A DNA stretch of 64,000 bases from Stylophora pistillata (GCF_002571385.2 NW_019218356.1:47441-111440), one strand, 5' to 3'; shown: positions 25,664 to 40,358, counted from the stretch's first letter. Translations and numbers: made by a program. The notes: generated by a model from the sequence alone, not told the origin.

Positions 25664-27650
25664 TTACTTTGGTATAGACAGCAAAACGGTGAAGTAAGAG
25701 ATGATCACTCCGGCAATCTAAAAAGAGACAATAAATTGGTGTAAACATGAAAATATATTTAAACCAAAACTATGGAAGGTATTGAAAACTGCGTCCAAAT
25801 GGACCTACCGTCAGAGACAAGGACTTTCTAATGACCACAAGACCACCGATTGAAATACCCTTTGGATCTCCTTGGAGGTCAAGCATGAAAATCACCAACT
25901 AAAAATTGAAAAAACAAAATAATAAAGAAAGCCTAATGAACAATAAATTTCAGTTTTACTCACACAGAAGATATCGACGAACACGGAGATAGAAGTAGAA
26001 TTCTCCTTTCCTCTTGTTAAGAAAGCTCTCTTGAGTGAGAAATATTGGACCAGGCTATCTGTTCCTGGAGGTCCCACTTAATTATCGTGACCATTCTAGC
26101 AAATTATGGATATACGTCGTAACAAATTAAAAAAAAAGTGTATCAGTTCTTTGTCAAACTACGTTTGAAGCTATCATGATTTCGATTTGCATGATGGCCG
26201 GACTAAATGGTTTTTCAAGAAGAAAATTATTCATTGTGGTAACTTTCTCGTAAATGGAATATAGAGTTACCTTTCCTTCGTCCTCCTTTGCAATAGGAGT
26301 GGTTCTGAAAATCTTTTGAAAACTGTGAATCTGCAACATGAGAGTAAGAAATTGAATTGCATTGCAAAGTGAACTGGTGGATGAGCAAATACAAATTAAT
26401 GAGATTGATAAACGTTTGTAACTGGTGCTGCGTAGCTATCAGTAAAGATAAGCAAACTTTTCAAGCTAGACCCATCTTTTGTATTTTATTAAAGTTTATT
26501 GAGTGCTCAGGTATGTAAGTGAAAGCATGACTGAGATGGAACTGAAAAGATAAAATTCATCAGCCATTGTCAATGTAAATTTAATTGTCACCGTAACCGT
26601 CACCATCGTCCTTGCAGTATTTTATAATATCGACATCGTCATCATCATTATCCCTGTCCTTTCCGTTGTTGCTGTCGTCTTAGTTGTTGTTGTTTTTTTT
26701 TTTTAACGCGGTTTTTGTTATTCTAATTACTATTCCATCCTTACGCCCAGATTGTTAATATATCTAATTAACTGTTAATTGTTAATATATCTTGTTAACT
26801 GAGAAGAAAGTGCTGCCTTTGTAATAATATCTGCATATGGTTAGACCTTCTAGTCTTCTCGAATAGGGACGATAAATGGAGGTCCTGTCTCCTGCAGGGT
26901 TGGGATAGGAGACCTTAATTTCCCACACACGAGATAACTGTGTGATGGATGTCCTCCCCGGGGTGGGATGGGTGGGTAAAAATGGGGTTAGGTGTCAATG
27001 GCAACGAAAGTTCTGTTCCTTTCTCCTGCCATTCCTTTGGCGAATGAATTAAACTAAACTAAAATAAACTAAACTAAACTACATCATTGTCATTGTAACT
27101 GCAGTGATCGTAACCTCACAACACCACGATGATAAAGACGATTTATTCGGTACGAATGATTTTGACGGTATATGGGTTGAAACTTAAAACAATAAATGAA
27201 TACGAAGTTACAACAATTGACTAGTAAAAGTGACAGGAAAGAAATACACTGAACCACTGAACAAACTCGAAATGACAATACTTACATTGTTACGATTTCT
27301 ACGAAACTGCTGGACGAAAATAAACTGCCCAAAGGCGAAATAAGGATAAACTGGAGTAACTGCTTATAGCGAACTACTGTATGACTAACGGAAGACTAAA
27401 CTCTGAAGTGAGAAAAACTAATTTATATATGCGAAAACGAATAGCTAACTTAAAGTGCAATTAACGCCTATATTACCAAAGAAACCAATTAACGAAGATA
27501 CGTGACATAGAAACAACAGAAGCTAACTAACCATNGGAAAAAAATCTAACGAACGACGAGAAACAGCGACAACACAAGGAGACACCCTAATGATTGATTG
27601 AATGAGTAAAATGAAAAAAAAATAACATTCAGCGCGCTAAGACCCTACAG

Positions 27651-27684
<34 letters not shown>

Positions 27685-28745
27685 TATACCTTTTCGTTTA
27701 CTTTGGATCCGAATAGCAAGATAATTGCCATGAGACAAGTTGAAACAATAAGCCAAAACAGATTATTTCCCATCATCAGGGTCTTGTTTTCTGCATTTTC
27801 CTGGAGTAGATAAACAATCAAGTACGAATTGAAGCAGATCAAGGGGATGTACAAGCTCACCATTCCAAGGAGAAAAGGCGAAAACATCTCATCGGCCAGT
27901 TCCACCACTTCGCACAATTTTTGATGCCCTATCTGGAGAGGCCTTATATCCAGTTTTGCAAAATGCAATAGCTGTTGTGACATTTTCTTGGCCAAGTCAT
28001 CAAACAGCTCCACAATTATGAGACAGGTATTACAGAAAAAGAGAATTGGAAGCAACCACACACCAACACCAATTACAAGAAAAATTTGGGAGACTATCGC
28101 AAAGACGGGTGATTCATTGAAAGGCTTGAAACTGGCAAGATTTATATCCAGTTTGAAATATGTTATCAAGGCACCTACATTGGCACCGAACATCACGGCA
28201 AAAAAGACAATTATGCCTTGACGTGACTTACTTTTCGCCTTTTTTAAACTTGCATTACCTTTGATGTGGACCATACTGTGAACAAATCTCCGAAATCGAG
28301 AATGTCGTGTGGTTTTCAAACTTGACACCATCAAGAAAATGATTTCACTCAGTGCAACAAGAAGGCACCAAGCGCTAAACAATAATTTAATAAAGATATT
28401 CTTGGGGTCTAAAAAACAACCAAGAAGAGCTAAAATGAAATTATACAGCAAACCAGTAGCCACAAGACCACAGTGCAAGAGTGAAAGACATTCCCTCATA
28501 AGGAAGCGACCAGAGTTACTTGTGAAAGACTTCTGATTGGTATCGCCATAATATACTCCAAACAACCTCATCAGCTTAAGCACTGGGCTGTATATTTCAT
28601 CAATTGCTTTAAACAGGTGTTCATTCACACTTTCTGACTCGGTAGATAAACTGGCCGTCTCTGAAACCTCACTCATCGTAGTTACTCGCTCGGAAGTGGA
28701 AATCATGTTATCTGGGAGCGTAGGTGTCACTCTAGCAGGCATCAT
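25664..28745 (-). CDS. Gustatory receptor-like (Grl) 7TM protein, copy B
   Basis: Exons 28745-27690, 26330-26271 (IHSFQKIFRTTPIAKEDEGK), 25898-25809 (LVIFMLDLQGDPKGISIGGLVVIRKSLSLT), 25717-25664 (IAGVIISYFTVLLSIPK*); all introns phase 0, GT-AG. Confidence 0.88.
26795..27080 (+). mobile_element. 5'-truncated SINE (resembles cnidarian Nin/Deu-core-type SINEs) with a (TAAAC)n tail, in intron 1 of Grl copy B
   Basis: aactgagaagaaagtgctgcctttgta...ggttagaccttctagtcttctcg...gacgataaa resembles the core of an abundant anthozoan SINE (recognised from memory, not searched); ends in taaactaaact repeats. Confidence 0.55.
27651..27682. repeat. (CAT)n microsatellite adjacent to the Grl-B intron 1 donor
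   Basis: tcatcatcat... about 10 units. Confidence 0.95.
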
Positions 28746-30365
28746 TATCACAAAAGCGATCTAGCCACGAGGACAACTTTTATGATACCACGTTGTTAAC
28801 GATAGTTCGTTCAGTGTACCCAGCTTTCCTTCAGCTCTGTTATAACCTATGAAGCTAAGGACCTCCCTATTCATATTCATATATGGAATTATTCTCCTGG
28901 GGTGTCATAATATTTACCTACTAGTCCATGGGATGTTTGATCATGCAAACAGAATTTTAATTAAGAAAAATCAATTACATTCAAAATTTAAATGGATTAA
29001 TAGTTGGAAAGTCAAATTTTAATCATGTTTACAAAAAATTGAAGAAGGCATGACAAGGTTCAACTGGGTAGCCTGAGAAATTCTCAGATGATGAACTTCC
29101 AAATCTGATTGACCTCAGCAGTGAACAATGGAAACATAGCGTGTTTCCTTTACTACTTTCCTTTGTTTTTATCTTCTTTTGTCAACCTATGATCAGGTTC
29201 GGCAGATTTTAGCTGCATACCTCTCTTTTTTTCAATTACATGAAATGCATAGCATATGGCATTATGCACATATGACATACGCGCATATGTATCAGTACTG
29301 GTTGAATTTCGAGTGAAGGGATAGTCTTGACGGAAAGCACAGAATTTCAACATTGTTATCAAATATTTGCAACTCTCTTTGTGAAGCATCACGGTCGATA
29401 GTTTCCCCTTACATAGGCAGTGGTACCTTTTTAAGATAGACGCTCTTTGCTAGCAGCCCTGATCGAAAAAGGAGTTCAAATCTAGATCTCCTCAAAAAAA
29501 GGCAATTTCGAAACCCGCAGTGTTTCAATAAGAGCTCTGCAGGATTCGTGAATGTTGTAGACTGAAGAGAACAAAGTATGCTTGAGAAATTATCCCATGC
29601 ACTCACACTGGACGTAATGCAAACTAGTCTACCAGTCCGCGATCGACCAGGCGAGCTAAATCTATTTAGTAAAAAAATTCACAAATTAAAATAAAGTATG
29701 CAACTCGTGTAAGACATTGCGTGAAATTGTGTATTCGATTTTCAGGTTTTTATAATTTTTTTATTCGATTTTCAGGTTTTTATAATTTGGTAACTTAATT
29801 GTAAAACCCCAAGCCAGAAGTGAGAGGGGAAAGCAAAACATTAGTAAAATTTCTTCAACAGAGTTCATCTTCACAGCTGTTTTACATTACCTTTAAGAAT
29901 GTGAGTTGAACCTAGGCCAAACAGCCATGCCTTGATTAATGCTCGATATAAGCTTAGGTATCTTACAGTTATTTTACTTTTCAATGATAATGTTACATTT
30001 GTAGCTCTATAGCAAAAATTCTACGAGCCATAAGTACAGTAGCTTTGTTAAGCGAGATTTTTAGTTATATTGTAATACGTGTCCCTGGCATTTGGACGAA
30101 GCAGCGAACAGAATACCAACAAGAGTTTCCAATCAAATCCAGGTGAGTAGGATCACTCTGATTATTTGAGTTATCTAACTTTATCTAACGTTACTTATGT
30201 TTTCTTCAGGCGGTTTTTTTTTTGTGCTTCATTTTTCAGAAGGGCAAGTTGAAATCGTCTTTCATAAAATAACATTTCACTGGCTCTATCGACGCCAGCG
30301 CTGGATTGTTTTTGTTAGATTCTGTTCCATCCCTTTCTGAAGAGAACTATCTTCAATCCTGATGA

Positions 30366-32329
30366 TTATCTTGGCAACGATAGCAGCACTGTGAAGTAAG
30401 AGATGATCAATCCAACAATCTGAAAAGATACATACACCATATTCGATGGTTTGATATAAAATAGTTAATAGAGGGGACCTTTTCCTGTCCCCTCTATTAA
30501 CTATGGATATAAGAAACATGCACATATTTTTCGAGTTGCGTCGTATTCTTCCTAGCTCCGTATGTGCGAGATGTAAACGGACGCCATATGTTCGAAAAAG
30601 CAAGGTGTTATACTAACAGATACATAGACAGTTTGACGATGAAAATCAGGGATTTACCGTTAAGGAGAGTGATTTGGTGATGACCACACAACCTCCGAGG
30701 GAAAGACCTTTTGGCTCATCTTGAAGATCCAATACAAATAACAGCAACTAAAAAAAAAAGAAATGATAAAATTATAACTTTTAAAAGGAGATGTCAATAC
30801 AACAAAGTGGAAAACATTTGAAAGGCAGGGATTAAAAACAATGGAGAAATTATTATTATTTCAGTGGAAAATTGTATCTCAAAACGGAATTTACCTTCCC
30901 TTCGTCCTCTTTTGAAACAGGAAAGGTCTGCAAAATCGCTTTGAAACTGTTGATCTGGGAAAGAAACCATAACTGCTTTGAGACAAGACAGCGATTATCT
31001 TCAATTTCGACATCAGATCTAAGCGATTCTTTGGAGAGACTTTCGATACCTGTCTTGAATTTAATCTTTTGTTAGGCTCAGACACTTTCAATGCCTGATC
31101 TAGTCGATCTTAAGGGTATTAGTGGAATACGCCACTACCCCAGAACGTTTGGCAAGGACAGGTCAAAATGTCAAAATTGATAAAAAGGTGACCCGATGAT
31201 TTATCCAAACTTAATACCAACTAAACAACTCGGTTAACTGTACAAATTGAATTTAGTGGCTAGCTGCTGAGTTCTGAAAATCATATCTACTCTAAATTAG
31301 CCCTATGCCTTACCTTTTCAGAAATGCTGGAGCCAAATGACATAATTATTGATAAAAAAAAATTGAAACCAGTAGCCAGAAGATATTTGACGCCAGAAAT
31401 TCATATTTGTCCTCACCATGTGGTAAGCTTATTATCTTGAACAAATTAAGAATCATCAATGGGATGTACAGACCAACCATCTCGAGAAGAAGAGGTGAAA
31501 GCGCCTTGTCAGCAGATGCGACAACTCCACATAGCTTATGGTGCTCTATCTTGAATGCCTCGAAACCCAGCGAGACGGTAGATGTGCCTGAGGACATTCT
31601 CCTATGCAAATCATCAAACAATTCCTTTAGTATTTCGCATGTGATATGATGAAGCAGAACTGGTAAAATCCACAAAGAACTTCCAATAAAGAGAAAAGTT
31701 ACTGAGAAATTGTTCAGGCCCGGCCAAACATTCCAAGGCTTGTGATATGCTAGTTTCATGTTCAAATGAAAATTAGTCGCGAAGACACCGATTCCAAATG
31801 TAATAAAAAGGATCCAAAATGCAACAATTCCTTTTCTTGATTTTTTCTTCAGTTTTTCTAAATCTACTCTGATGTCTAAAGCGCTTAAGTGAAGAACGAA
31901 ATTTTCAAATCGAGAGTGGCCTGTATCTGAAAAAGATACACATAACACAAAAAGGCAAACCATGCCACTGAGTGCAATTAAAAGGCACCAAACACAAAAC
32001 ATCATGAAGACGAAAGGGTTTTTTCCAAAGAAGATGTCAGTAAAGGCCATCACAAAATTAAACCAGTGACCAGCGAGCACTACAACACAATAGAGCAATG
32101 TAAAAATGTTCCTTTTCCTGCCATTCTTCGCTGCACCCGCACTGGACAAATGCGTTAGGGATACATCTCGAAAGTAGCAACCAAACCATTTCATTGCTTT
32201 TAGCACGGGGCTGTATATTTCTCCGATTTTTCTGAGGAGCTGTTCGTCAATATCTTTGTACTCCTGGCTTGACGCATCTTCTCTTGAAGTTTGATCATTT
32301 ATTGGCTGTATTTGAATCAAAGATGGCAT
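30366..32329 (-). pseudogene. Gustatory receptor-like copy C, with a 1-bp frameshift in a homopolymer (pseudogene or sequencing error)
   Basis: Exon 1 32329-31314 is interrupted at the A9 run 31354-31362. Downstream exons 30954-30895, 30747-30658 and 30419-30366 (IVGLIISYFTVLLSLPR*) are intact with canonical splice sites. Confidence 0.8.
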
Positions 32330-33954
32330 TTTGTGATTTCTTTCTTTCCTAAAATCCCGTAAAAAAAAATCTTCCTTCGTAGATCAAGGCAGCTGACAAA
32401 AATTCGAAACTTGAACGTAATTACTCCTACTTCGATTTAAATATTAATTGGTTTTTTTCGCTTAATCACTATCACTCCGTACTTTAATATTTACTCTTGG
32501 AGATAATAAAGTTAGAGGTCGAAAGAACAATAAAACAATTATTGAGAAAGTAAACTTCCCCCGGGGGCCTGCGAATAAAATATAATAGAAACAAAGAAAA
32601 GCAAAATATGTCATAAAAAAGAAAGCAAGGTATTATTCGGGTTGAGTTTCTTTAAACCAGCTGGGGTAATTATTTGAAAATGAGGCAAGATCTCAGTTCA
32701 TGTTGATGTTATTATAGTTCGGATCCCTTTCTTTGCACTGTTTTTCCCATTTCTCCTCTACATTTGAAGTGGTCTAATTGCATTTTCTAACATTTCAGCC
32801 TTGAATTGTAAAACATAAGACCTTTTTTAATGCGGCCTTTAATTGTTATCCTGGCAGCGGTTATGTCTTTGATGTTGATAGTGTTCCAGTTACTTAACTT
32901 CTTTTAATAATTAAAAGCGTCACGTATTTTCAAAATTGCTGCGGTTCTATTTTTCTCTCTTAAATGATAAATAGGCAAAATTTTCCTCGTGGCTGCTTTA
33001 AAATTTATTATTCTCTTAATTCTACAGACACTAAAATTTTAGCTTTCTGTCGCACAAGTGACCTCTCTATACTTACGGTTGAAAACAGTATGCGTCAAAA
33101 AACAGAACAAAACAAAACACACAAAAAAAAGCAAAACATTTCAGCGGTTTGAAAAAAAATACTGACGAAAAATCCCAGCACCAAGCAATGGTTATTCCAT
33201 GGAAAATAGTGCTCTTGCTCAAATCTTCGAATAGCTCTTGATATTCACTCTTGCATAAATAGAGAAACCTTAGGTTTTTTTAATATTTTCTGCAAGATTG
33301 TAATAGTGTTTATATTCCTCATGCCACACGCTGTCTTTTTTTTTTAATTTTCTTGCTAATGAATGATTAATACATGTCAGATGCAAACTGTGTTATGGAG
33401 TAAATTATTACTAACAGTTATGATTAACCTGAGCTTGCAAAGTGCTCCTCGCGAGACATTGTCTTCCTGTATTTATATTCGATGTAGTTCTTATATTTAC
33501 TTCAGAATTAAAATCTACCTTAAAGACAAACAAAGAAATATAAATTTTTAATAATAATTTTTTTTTTTTTAATTCAACTTTCGTTTTTAAATATATTTTT
33601 TTCATTTTTCTTTCGTTTTTAAACTACAAAGTATTCCATATGAACCAAACTTGTTTTTCATACTTTTCATAAGTGCGAGAACGGCCATCGATTAGAAATT
33701 TGCACCTTTCTTCCAGAAATGCAAACCACCCACACACGAAGGAGTGTTTTTTAACATGCTAGTAGTTCGGTCCTTAATCGCATGTTTATGAATTACATTT
33801 ATGCAATGAAAACCTGTCATAAATAATTCTTAACCCACTTGAACTTTATGGACATTACTTTGAACATGCACAAAGAGTTTTCTTAAAAAAATCCATAATC
33901 TAAGGAATCTGAAGAGTCTTTATGCTGAGGTGAAACGCCTGTTCACAAATACTA

Positions 33955-34235
33955 GTTGAAACTTACCCAAACCGACTGGTTAGGTAAGAAAATTGATATG
34001 AAATCAAAAGATTTGGTGATCACTGACTAACTTGTTCGCCAGTAATGACGAGGCTCTTACTCTTTAACTAGACGTTTCGATTAATTTGTCGTTGAAACTT
34101 ACCCAAACATTGGAGTACCGACTGGTTAGGTAAGAAAATTGATAAGAAATCAAGAGATTTGGTGATCACCAACTTGTTCGCTAGTAATGACGAAGTTCTT
34201 AGTATTTAACTAGACGTTTCGATTCATTTGTCGTT
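33955..34235. repeat. Imperfect tandem duplication, ~136-bp period, two copies
   Basis: gttgaaacttacccaaac...ccgactggttaggtaagaaaattgat...ctagacgtttcgatt.atttgtcgtt begins at 33955 and again at 34091. Confidence 0.9.
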
Positions 34236-34587
34236 AACATAGAACGATCAATTAAAAATGTGGGTCCCTAAAAGGTAAAAGGGAATCAGATATTGTTACT
34301 GGCCAAAGCACGCGTCACAATTGATGTACATCTTTTTTTGCCATTTCTATATGGGTAAACATTTTTTTAGATTATGTTTTAACAAAATCTATATTTAACT
34401 CGAAAAGATATCAAGAAGCGAAGGGTGCAAATATAAATTGATTATTATAAAATTAAAAACAAGCTGTTTCATTATGGGAGAAAAAAAGAACACATCCTAT
34501 ATTTAAAATTACGCAATAGATTTAGAAATTAAATTCTGTTTCTCAGGGTGTACTTTTACAGCTCCCAATCCGAGTAAGTAATTGATG

Positions 34588-36332
34588 TTAACGCGGCAAA
34601 GACAACATTACAGCAAAGTAAGAGACAGTGACTCCAACAATCTGAAAATAAAAAGAACATACCAGCGTTAAATCGAAGAAAAAACTAAGTGTTACGTGTT
34701 GCTAAAACTTATAAAGTCGTAGGGGAAACTAAGGCCGTTGGGCTCTCAGACTGGGGAGCTTAACGTGAGGTATATCGAGGGCTATTAATACAAATTAAAG
34801 TCTTTCAAAATTCTTATTGATATTTTCTCTTGCTTTGAAATGATAAAATCGTTATTTTTTTCTTTTCCCTTACTTTCTCAGAAATGACATTGCTATTAGA
34901 CAAAATTTTTAATTGAAAAAATGAAATTGGGCATGATTAATCAAATTCTTACCGTCAATGATGTTGACTTTGTAATAACAACCAAGCCTCCGATAGATAA
35001 ACCTTTTGGCTCTCCATAAAGGTCAAATAAAAGCATCAACACCTGAAATAGATTATGCACAAACTGGTAGGTAATTGAAGAGGTTACGAAAAACAAGACA
35101 AAAAAAGATTAACCAGAAATAACGATCTCCTGATGTAGCATCAAGATAAAGAAGAAGGGAAAAATCACCTTTCCTTCTTCTGATGCCGAGATGGGTAGTG
35201 TTTGCAAAGTCTTTTGAAAAGTGTGAATCTGAAAAAGAAAATCCAAAATTTATCAAGAGAGCAAAAGTGTGAGGTGACTCAGTCCCCAACTAACCAATGA
35301 TCTGTGAGAGAGGCTTACCTTTTCGCTCACTTTGGATCCAAAGAAGAGAGCAATTGCCAAGATAGTCGTTGCAACAAGACACCAGTTAAGATTCATGACA
35401 AGGGTTAATGGATCCGTGCCTTCTATTAGGATAAAGGTGTTGTAGAAACTGATACACAATAGTGGAATGAAAATGGCTATGATTCCAAAGAGGGTTGGAG
35501 CGAGCATCTTGTCAGCAAGCTCCACTACTTCAGATAATTTATGATATTCCATCTTTAAAGACAGAAAGTCTATAGGTAGCGGAGGTAATGATGACATTCT
35601 CTGATAAAAGTCATCAAAACATTTTACTAAGATTATACAAGTGAGACAGAAGAAAAATGTCGAAAGCAACCACACTGCACAGCCAGTTAACGAAGAAAAG
35701 AAAGCAAATACTCTAAAACCAGACCATGTACTCCAAGGCTCACAACAAGAGATACTGATACCCAATATTTCACTACAAACAAACGTGAAAAAAATGGTAA
35801 ACAAAGATAAAAAGCAGGTTATGAAAAGGGCTTTTCTTGACTCTTTCTTCACAAAATTTAAGTTGGTTGATTTTACGTTTGTGAGCAAACAGCGAAGAAA
35901 CCTTTCAAATCGGGATTTTTTTGTTCTAGTTAACGGCAGAAGAACTAGCGACGTGATCCCACAGATTAACATTAAAAGGTGGCCTACGGCATACATAAGA
36001 AATGTGTAAGCTAATCCTGAATTAAAAATCACAGAAGCAGACGTGACGACATTAAAACAGATAAAAGACATCATCAAACCACAATACATCCGCGAAAAGA
36101 TATGCTTTCCAGTTGGCATGTTTTCCAATTGTCTCAAGTTTGTCTGTCCGTAATAAGATCCGAAAATCTTCATTAGCCTCAGCACCGGACTGTACATGTC
36201 GTTCAATGCCTTCAAAATCTGCTCGTTGTCACTTGCCTCCTCGGGTAACGGAACAACTAACGAAGTTGTGCTTTTTGAACGAGAATGAACTTGCTTGGAG
36301 GCCTCATTGAGGGGCAGCTCTTGGGAAGCCAT
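34588..36332 (-). CDS. Gustatory receptor-like (Grl) 7TM protein, copy D
   Basis: Exons 36332-35319, 35228-35169, 35042-34953, 34641-34588 (IVGVTVSYFAVMLSLPR*); phase-0 introns. Confidence 0.88.
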
Positions 36333-38672
36333 GGTTTTGTAACTGAAGAGCCTTTACAGATGAGTTTCCTTCGGTCTGTTACTGGCTACGATTTGAGACA
36401 GTCATTCTAATGACTTCGAAATTATTTCAGGGCATCTAAATGTTTTACATTACAAAAGAATTTTTTTTGCTAATCCCTATGTCTCTAGATGACTTTGTTT
36501 GCATAGTGGGACTAAGTTAAATCTGTACAATAATAAACACCATAGAGGGACAAATTACTTTGCCTCGTTCCTGTATTGTAAATGAAATTTAAAAGTTGCT
36601 CAGAATGAGCAAGCTCTCCCCATTTTGATATTGAGCTTTTGAAATCTTCTCCGCTTTTGGTTGGCTTTCATTTTTCTAAAGAGAGTGCATAATGAAAAAT
36701 TCAGGTGAATTGGATGTCTCCGTTAACCTTTGAGGAAAATCCATTCTAGATCCCACCAATGCAGAACTGATGCAATTTTGATCAAGTTTCTTTTTATCTC
36801 TTGTTTTCGTTCTGATTTTATGGCTATTTATTTGGGAAAGTACATCCTTTGTTAATTTTTCTTTTCTACTGAAATTCAAATGAATGGATTAATAGTGTTG
36901 CTGAGCATTGAATTCTTATTTACAGGATGATAACTTTTATGTCACGATTGAATTATATTTGCAGAATTTTAAAGAAAATTACATGGAAATGCTTAACAAC
37001 TAGAAACATTATTTTTGCTGAGACAAATAAAAGTAAGTGATATGCCTTATCAGTGTGGAACTGTTAGAATGCCCCACTCATGTACTCCTGAATTGAAAAT
37101 GCTGAGTAATGAAGAACTTTTAAAAGCACAGGAGAATCTTACAAATAATTTTGACCTCTAGTACAGTTGCTCCAGTAATTATGGATTGCGTCATATCTCG
37201 CTATAGTCACCTCGCAAGAGCGCTGCATTTCAAAATGGCTGTTTCGAAGAAGTGATGAATGCAATAAAATAAAATTCAGTTTTGAAGAGCACATGCTAGA
37301 AGCCCCTAAGTTTGGAGTACCATCTTTCAAAAGGTAGATATGGAGCTTTTCGCTGATTGAATTTAACGAAGCCATCAAATTTAGTGGAAACTAGAGGTGA
37401 TCAAAACAATTGAAACACCAAAACGAATATTTACAACACAATTCGAAAGCCCCAAAGCAATTACATACAAACAATTATTATGGGACCGAGGCTGGATGAT
37501 AAAAAGAAAAGAAAAAACAAACAAACAAAAAAAAACACCAGTACTTTGGAAACTTGTGAAAAAGAAGTGAAACTAAACGATAAATCTCCCCTTAATCTTT
37601 GCTTTCCTCTTAATTTTCATTGCATCTCTGTACGAATATTAAAGCAGGGAGCGAGAACAGTAAGATGTTATGTTAGGAGATAAACTAATTATGAGCAAAT
37701 TCATCTTGAGCAAGGTTTAAATATAGTATGTACTAGTTATTTTTGTTTAAAGCCTGTCAAGGTCAATTCAAATTTTAACATCTCAGAACTGAAGCAAAAA
37801 AAAAAAAAAAAGCGCAGAAACAAATATTCTTTCATATTACCGGGAATTGATATCCTTGTGCGGTTCGTCTTTGACGTTAATTTTGTTTAAGTGCGATTAT
37901 TTCGAAGTTTTAATAATTTAGAGCAAAAAGTAATGACATTTACAACTTGTCCTCAAAGTATACTTCTCTCCACTGACTCACACGCAAATTATGTGGTTAC
38001 TCAATACTTTGCTAAATTTCCAAATCTAGAAACTATATTTTTATCGTTTATAATTATCATTATTTTTTTTTGGTTAATGTTTATTGTAATTATTCTTCTA
38101 ATTTTTTTAAAACCGTGAGAGTAAGTAACATCTTTGTGGTTTAAAAAAATACGCTAACAAAAAAAAAAATTCAAGTGCTCAACACTTTTCATTCAAAGAG
38201 TATAGCAACAAATATTTCGCGTTGAAACCTTGGAATCAGTTTATAATGTTTATTTTTGTACAGAAAAGAGGCCCTTTTTAATATTTAATATGATATTATA
38301 TTATTTCCTACATTGCTCTTGCGTCATGCTGGCAATCTACCTCCTTTCCTGGGAGGAATTACAAAAACACGTCCACTTGGAACGGAAAAATGATCGACGA
38401 AGAAGGGAAGAAATCAAATAATATAAGTTTTTCAGACTCCTAACAAATCAGTCGACGTCTTTCTTTACCTTGTCAATGCTCAATACAATTTCTTTTGCAT
38501 TCAACGATTTTTAATGAGCTAAAAGCTATTTTCGCTTTGCAATACAAGCTGTTCATTAAATAGTTCAATACATGATGCGCATATTTCCTTTTAAATAACG
38601 AATTATTTACAGTTTCAGTTCTTTTGCTGAGGATGCATTTTCACAGCCCCCCATCCGGGAAAGTAGCCAGTC

Positions 38673-40358
38673 TTAACGCGGCAAAGACAACATTACAGCA
38701 AAGTAGGAGACAGTCACCCCAACAATCTGAAAAAAGTGTAGAAGAAACATAAATCCTGTTGACATTAAAGAAAACAAAATGCAGATCAATTTAAAATATT
38801 TCATTTATGTATTCTCCTTCGTGAAAAAATGGTCTAGCGTTTTATGGACATTATCATCACTTACATCTTTTGAGGATAATCAAAATGTGCATGACTAGTT
38901 AGATCCTCACCGTCAAGGACATTGACTTAGTAATGACAACCAGTCCCCCGACAGATAAACCTTTTGGCTCTCCTTGAAGGTCTAGTAAGAACATCAACAT
39001 TCCAACCTGGAAGAGATTACATGCAAATGGATGGGTAATTTAAGAAATTACGTAAGGAAAGGACTCTGGAAAGTCCACCAGTACTATTTCTTACAGTTTC
39101 CTGATACAACATCGACATTATTGATATGCATGGTTTGTATAGAGGTCACCTTGCCTTCCTCTGATCTGGATACGGGTAATCTCGGCAAAATCCTTTGAAA
39201 ACTGTGAATCTGAAAAAGAAGAAACCAAAAGTGTTAAAACGCTTAAAGGAAGAATTTTGAGGTAACTCAGATTTCCTAGTGTGGTCTCGGATTCTCTTTG
39301 AATGACAGATGAAATGCTGACAACTTAAATTCCCGGTAATATACCTTTTCGCTCACTTTGGATGCAGAATATAGGACTAGCAACAAAAATGTTGCTGCAA
39401 TCAGACACCAACACGAGGTGATGGCTAAGGTTATTGAATCTGTGCCCTCTGTTAGAATAAAGGTGTTGTAATAGCTGATACACAATAGCGGCATGTAAAT
39501 GGATATGATTCCAAGGAGAAATGGTGACAGCATCTTGTCTGCAAGCTCGACTACCTCCGATAACTTGTGATGTTCCATCTTTAAAGACAGGAAATCTTCA
39601 GAAAGGGGAGGTAAAGATGACATTCTCTTGTAAAGCCCATCATAACATTCCTCCAGAATGAGACAAGTAACATAGAAGAAAAGAACCGTAAGCAACCACC
39701 CTACAGACCCAGTAAATAAAGAAATCAGTGCAAATACTCTAAAACCAAACCACCAATTCCAAGGTCCACAACAAGCAATAGTAAGGCCTAATATTTGATC
39801 ACAAACACAACAGAAAGCGATGTTAGTCAAGAATACTAAACAAGATACGAAGAAGGTTTTTCTTGACTTTTTCTTAACCCCATTTAAATTAATGAATTTA
39901 ACATTAGCAAGTAGGCTGCGAATAAATTTTTCAAATCGAGATTTCCTTTTTAGAGTTAAAGGGAGAACAATTACTGACGTTATCCCACAGATTCCTATCA
40001 AAACCTGGCCTAAGGCAAACATCAGAAACATGTAAGCTGAGCCTGAAAGAAAAATCCCAAAGAAAGCCATTACGACATTCAACCAAATGAGAGACACCAT
40101 CAAGCCGCAGTATATCTTCGAAAAGATATGCTTTCCAGCTGCCATGTGTTCCAACTGCTTCAAGTCTGTGTGTCCGTAATAGGATCCAAATAGCTTCATC
40201 AGCTTCAGAACTGGGCTGTATATTTCGTTCAATGTCTTTAACATTCTTTTGTTACCATTTGTGGCCTCGTGTATTGGAACAACGAAAGAAGTGGAGCTCT
40301 TTGAACGAGATTGAAAGGGTGCGGAAACCCCATTCACAGGCAACGCTTTGGAAGACAT
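38673..40358 (-). CDS. Gustatory receptor-like (Grl) 7TM protein, copy E (closest paralog of D)
   Basis: Exons 40358-39345, 39209-39150, 39006-38911, 38726-38673. Exon 1 has the same length (1014 nt) as in copy D and the last exon encodes an identical peptide. Confidence 0.88.

Noticed and set aside
29732-29788. 30-bp tandem duplication
   Set aside because: Ordinary slippage duplication in intergenic DNA
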